A DNA stretch of 35,641 nt, taken from positions 1-35,641 of the forward strand of contig DCWM01000056.1 of assembly GCA_002335405.1 (NCBI GenBank), read 5' to 3'. Every line of letters starts with the position of its first letter. Position 1 is the first letter of the stretch. A program made the position numbers and the translations under genes. The notes below the pieces were generated by a model. The model saw only the letters and a program-made list of their open reading frames with translations, ran no database searches and was not told the DNA's origin. This document shows, in pieces, positions 34,832 to 35,641 of this stretch. Origin of the DNA: Dehalococcoidia bacterium UBA2162. Lineage in GTDB: Bacteria; Chloroflexota; Dehalococcoidia; Dehalococcoidales; UBA2162.

Positions 34832-35641
34832 TTATGCCTTAGTTTTCACTCCGGGTCGGAGTACTTTATGGATTCGTTGACAGGCAATGATGGTTTCTTT
34901 TAGTTCGTCGGGGGTAATCATCTGCTGGCCATCAACCAGAGCTTCGGATGGATTGTAATGCGACTCAATCATTAATCCGCCGGCGCCCGCAGCAATGGCA
35001 GCGCAACTCATACTGAAGATGAGGTCACGACGACCGGCGGCATGGCTGGGGTCGACTATAATGGGTAGGAAGGTTTCCTTTTTGATGGCTGGAATTGCCC
35101 CTAGGTCGAGAATGTAGCGAGTATAGTTCTTGCCTTTCCCTACCGGCACGATACCCCTTTCACAGAGAATAATGTCCTTATTACCCTCGGCGGCGATATA
35201 CTCGGCAAAGGAGAGGAATTCCTCGATACCGGCGCCGAAATGCCTCTTGAGCAGGATCGGCTTGCCTTTTTTAGCTACTCCCACGAGTAAATCCTGATTA
35301 TACATATTTCTGGATCCAATCTGGATAATATCTACATATTCCGCGATTAAATTAACTTGGGATTCCCCCCTGATCTCGGTGACTACGGGCATTTCAAATT
35401 TATCCCCGGCTTCCCGTAACCAGGTTAGAGCTTCCATTGCCAAATCTCCACCATCGGCACCTAGTCCCTGCCATGAATGTACTGATGTTCTTGGCTTAAA
35501 GACGCCGCCTCTCAGGACGTGGGCTCCGGCCCTTTTTACCCCCTCGGCAATTTTGAATAACTGGGCCTTACTCTCTACGGCACACGGTCCCGCGATGTAA
35601 ACTGGCTCATTACCGCCGAACTCGATATCACCCACTTTGAC
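34832..35641 (-). CDS. 3-deoxy-7-phosphoheptulonate (DAHP) synthase, type I-beta (KDO8P-synthase-like), N-terminus cut by the window end
   Basis: IAGPCAVES, LRGGVFKPRTS, DIIQIGSRNMYN, PILLKR, ILCERG, DPSH and LMIESH blocks. The reading frame is still open at 35641 (..VKVGDIEFGG), so the GTG at 35635 is probably internal. Its position in the aro cluster favours DAHPS over KDO8PS. Confidence 0.85.
   Translation of the reverse strand, partial: VKVGDIEFGGNEPVYIAGPCAVESKAQLFKIAEGVKRAGAHVLRGGVFKPRTSVHSWQGLGADGGDLAMEALTWLREAGDKFEMPVVTEIRGESQVNLIAEYVDIIQIGSRNMYNQDLLVGVAKKGKPILLKRHFGAGIEEFLSFAEYIAAEGNKDIILCERGIVPVGKGKNYTRYILDLGAIPAIKKETFLPIIVDPSHAAGRRDLIFSMSCAAIAAGAGGLMIESHYNPSEALVDGQQMITPDELKETIIACQRIHKVLRPGVKTKA

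Overview
This is a 35.6-kb bacterial chromosomal window. I saw no rRNA, CRISPR array, transposase or integrase. Start codons are my own choices and no database search was possible.

Layout:
(i) thiE (5' end cut by the window) and a K+-type membrane pyrophosphatase, hppA.
(ii) An approximately 18-kb surface-glycan / nucleotide-sugar locus built from two convergent gene strings (2996-14218 on +, 20728-14234 on -).
(iii) A divergent DedA / polyprenyl-phosphate GT2 pair, a stand-alone Cas4-like nuclease, a DUF805 membrane protein and tRNA-Arg(TCT).
(iv) The conserved rpsB-tsf-pyrH-frr-uppS-cdsA-dxr-rseP-ispG string.
(v) aroE-aroD-aroB-DAHP synthase on the minus strand, with the last gene cut by the window end.

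The glycan locus contains an orphan ThDP E1 alpha/beta pair, an Fcl-like reductase, SDRs, an HddA-like GHMP kinase and a B12-type radical SAM enzyme. It also holds two DegT-family enzymes (one with His in place of the Schiff-base Lys), a Wzx-like flippase, tandem GT2 paralogues, a NeuD/PglD-like acetyltransferase, a GT4, WecB, an RmlD-like reductase and an RmlC-like cupin.

The most striking signal is a perfect 60-bp inverted repeat at 12711-12770 and 18711-18770, exactly 6,000 bp apart. Both copies start on a codon boundary and encode the same 20 residues in two unrelated genes on opposite strands. Together they bracket the convergent junction of the glycan locus. This is the architecture of an operon-scale invertible switch that would make in-frame chimeras, but no recombinase is present in the window. 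A gene-conversion relic or an assembly or engineering artefact must also be excluded.

Secondary leads are the unusual enzyme combination in the plus-strand glycan operon, which suggests an undescribed deoxy, branched or methylated sugar pathway, and the solo Cas4-like nuclease in a small low-GC patch next to the tRNA.
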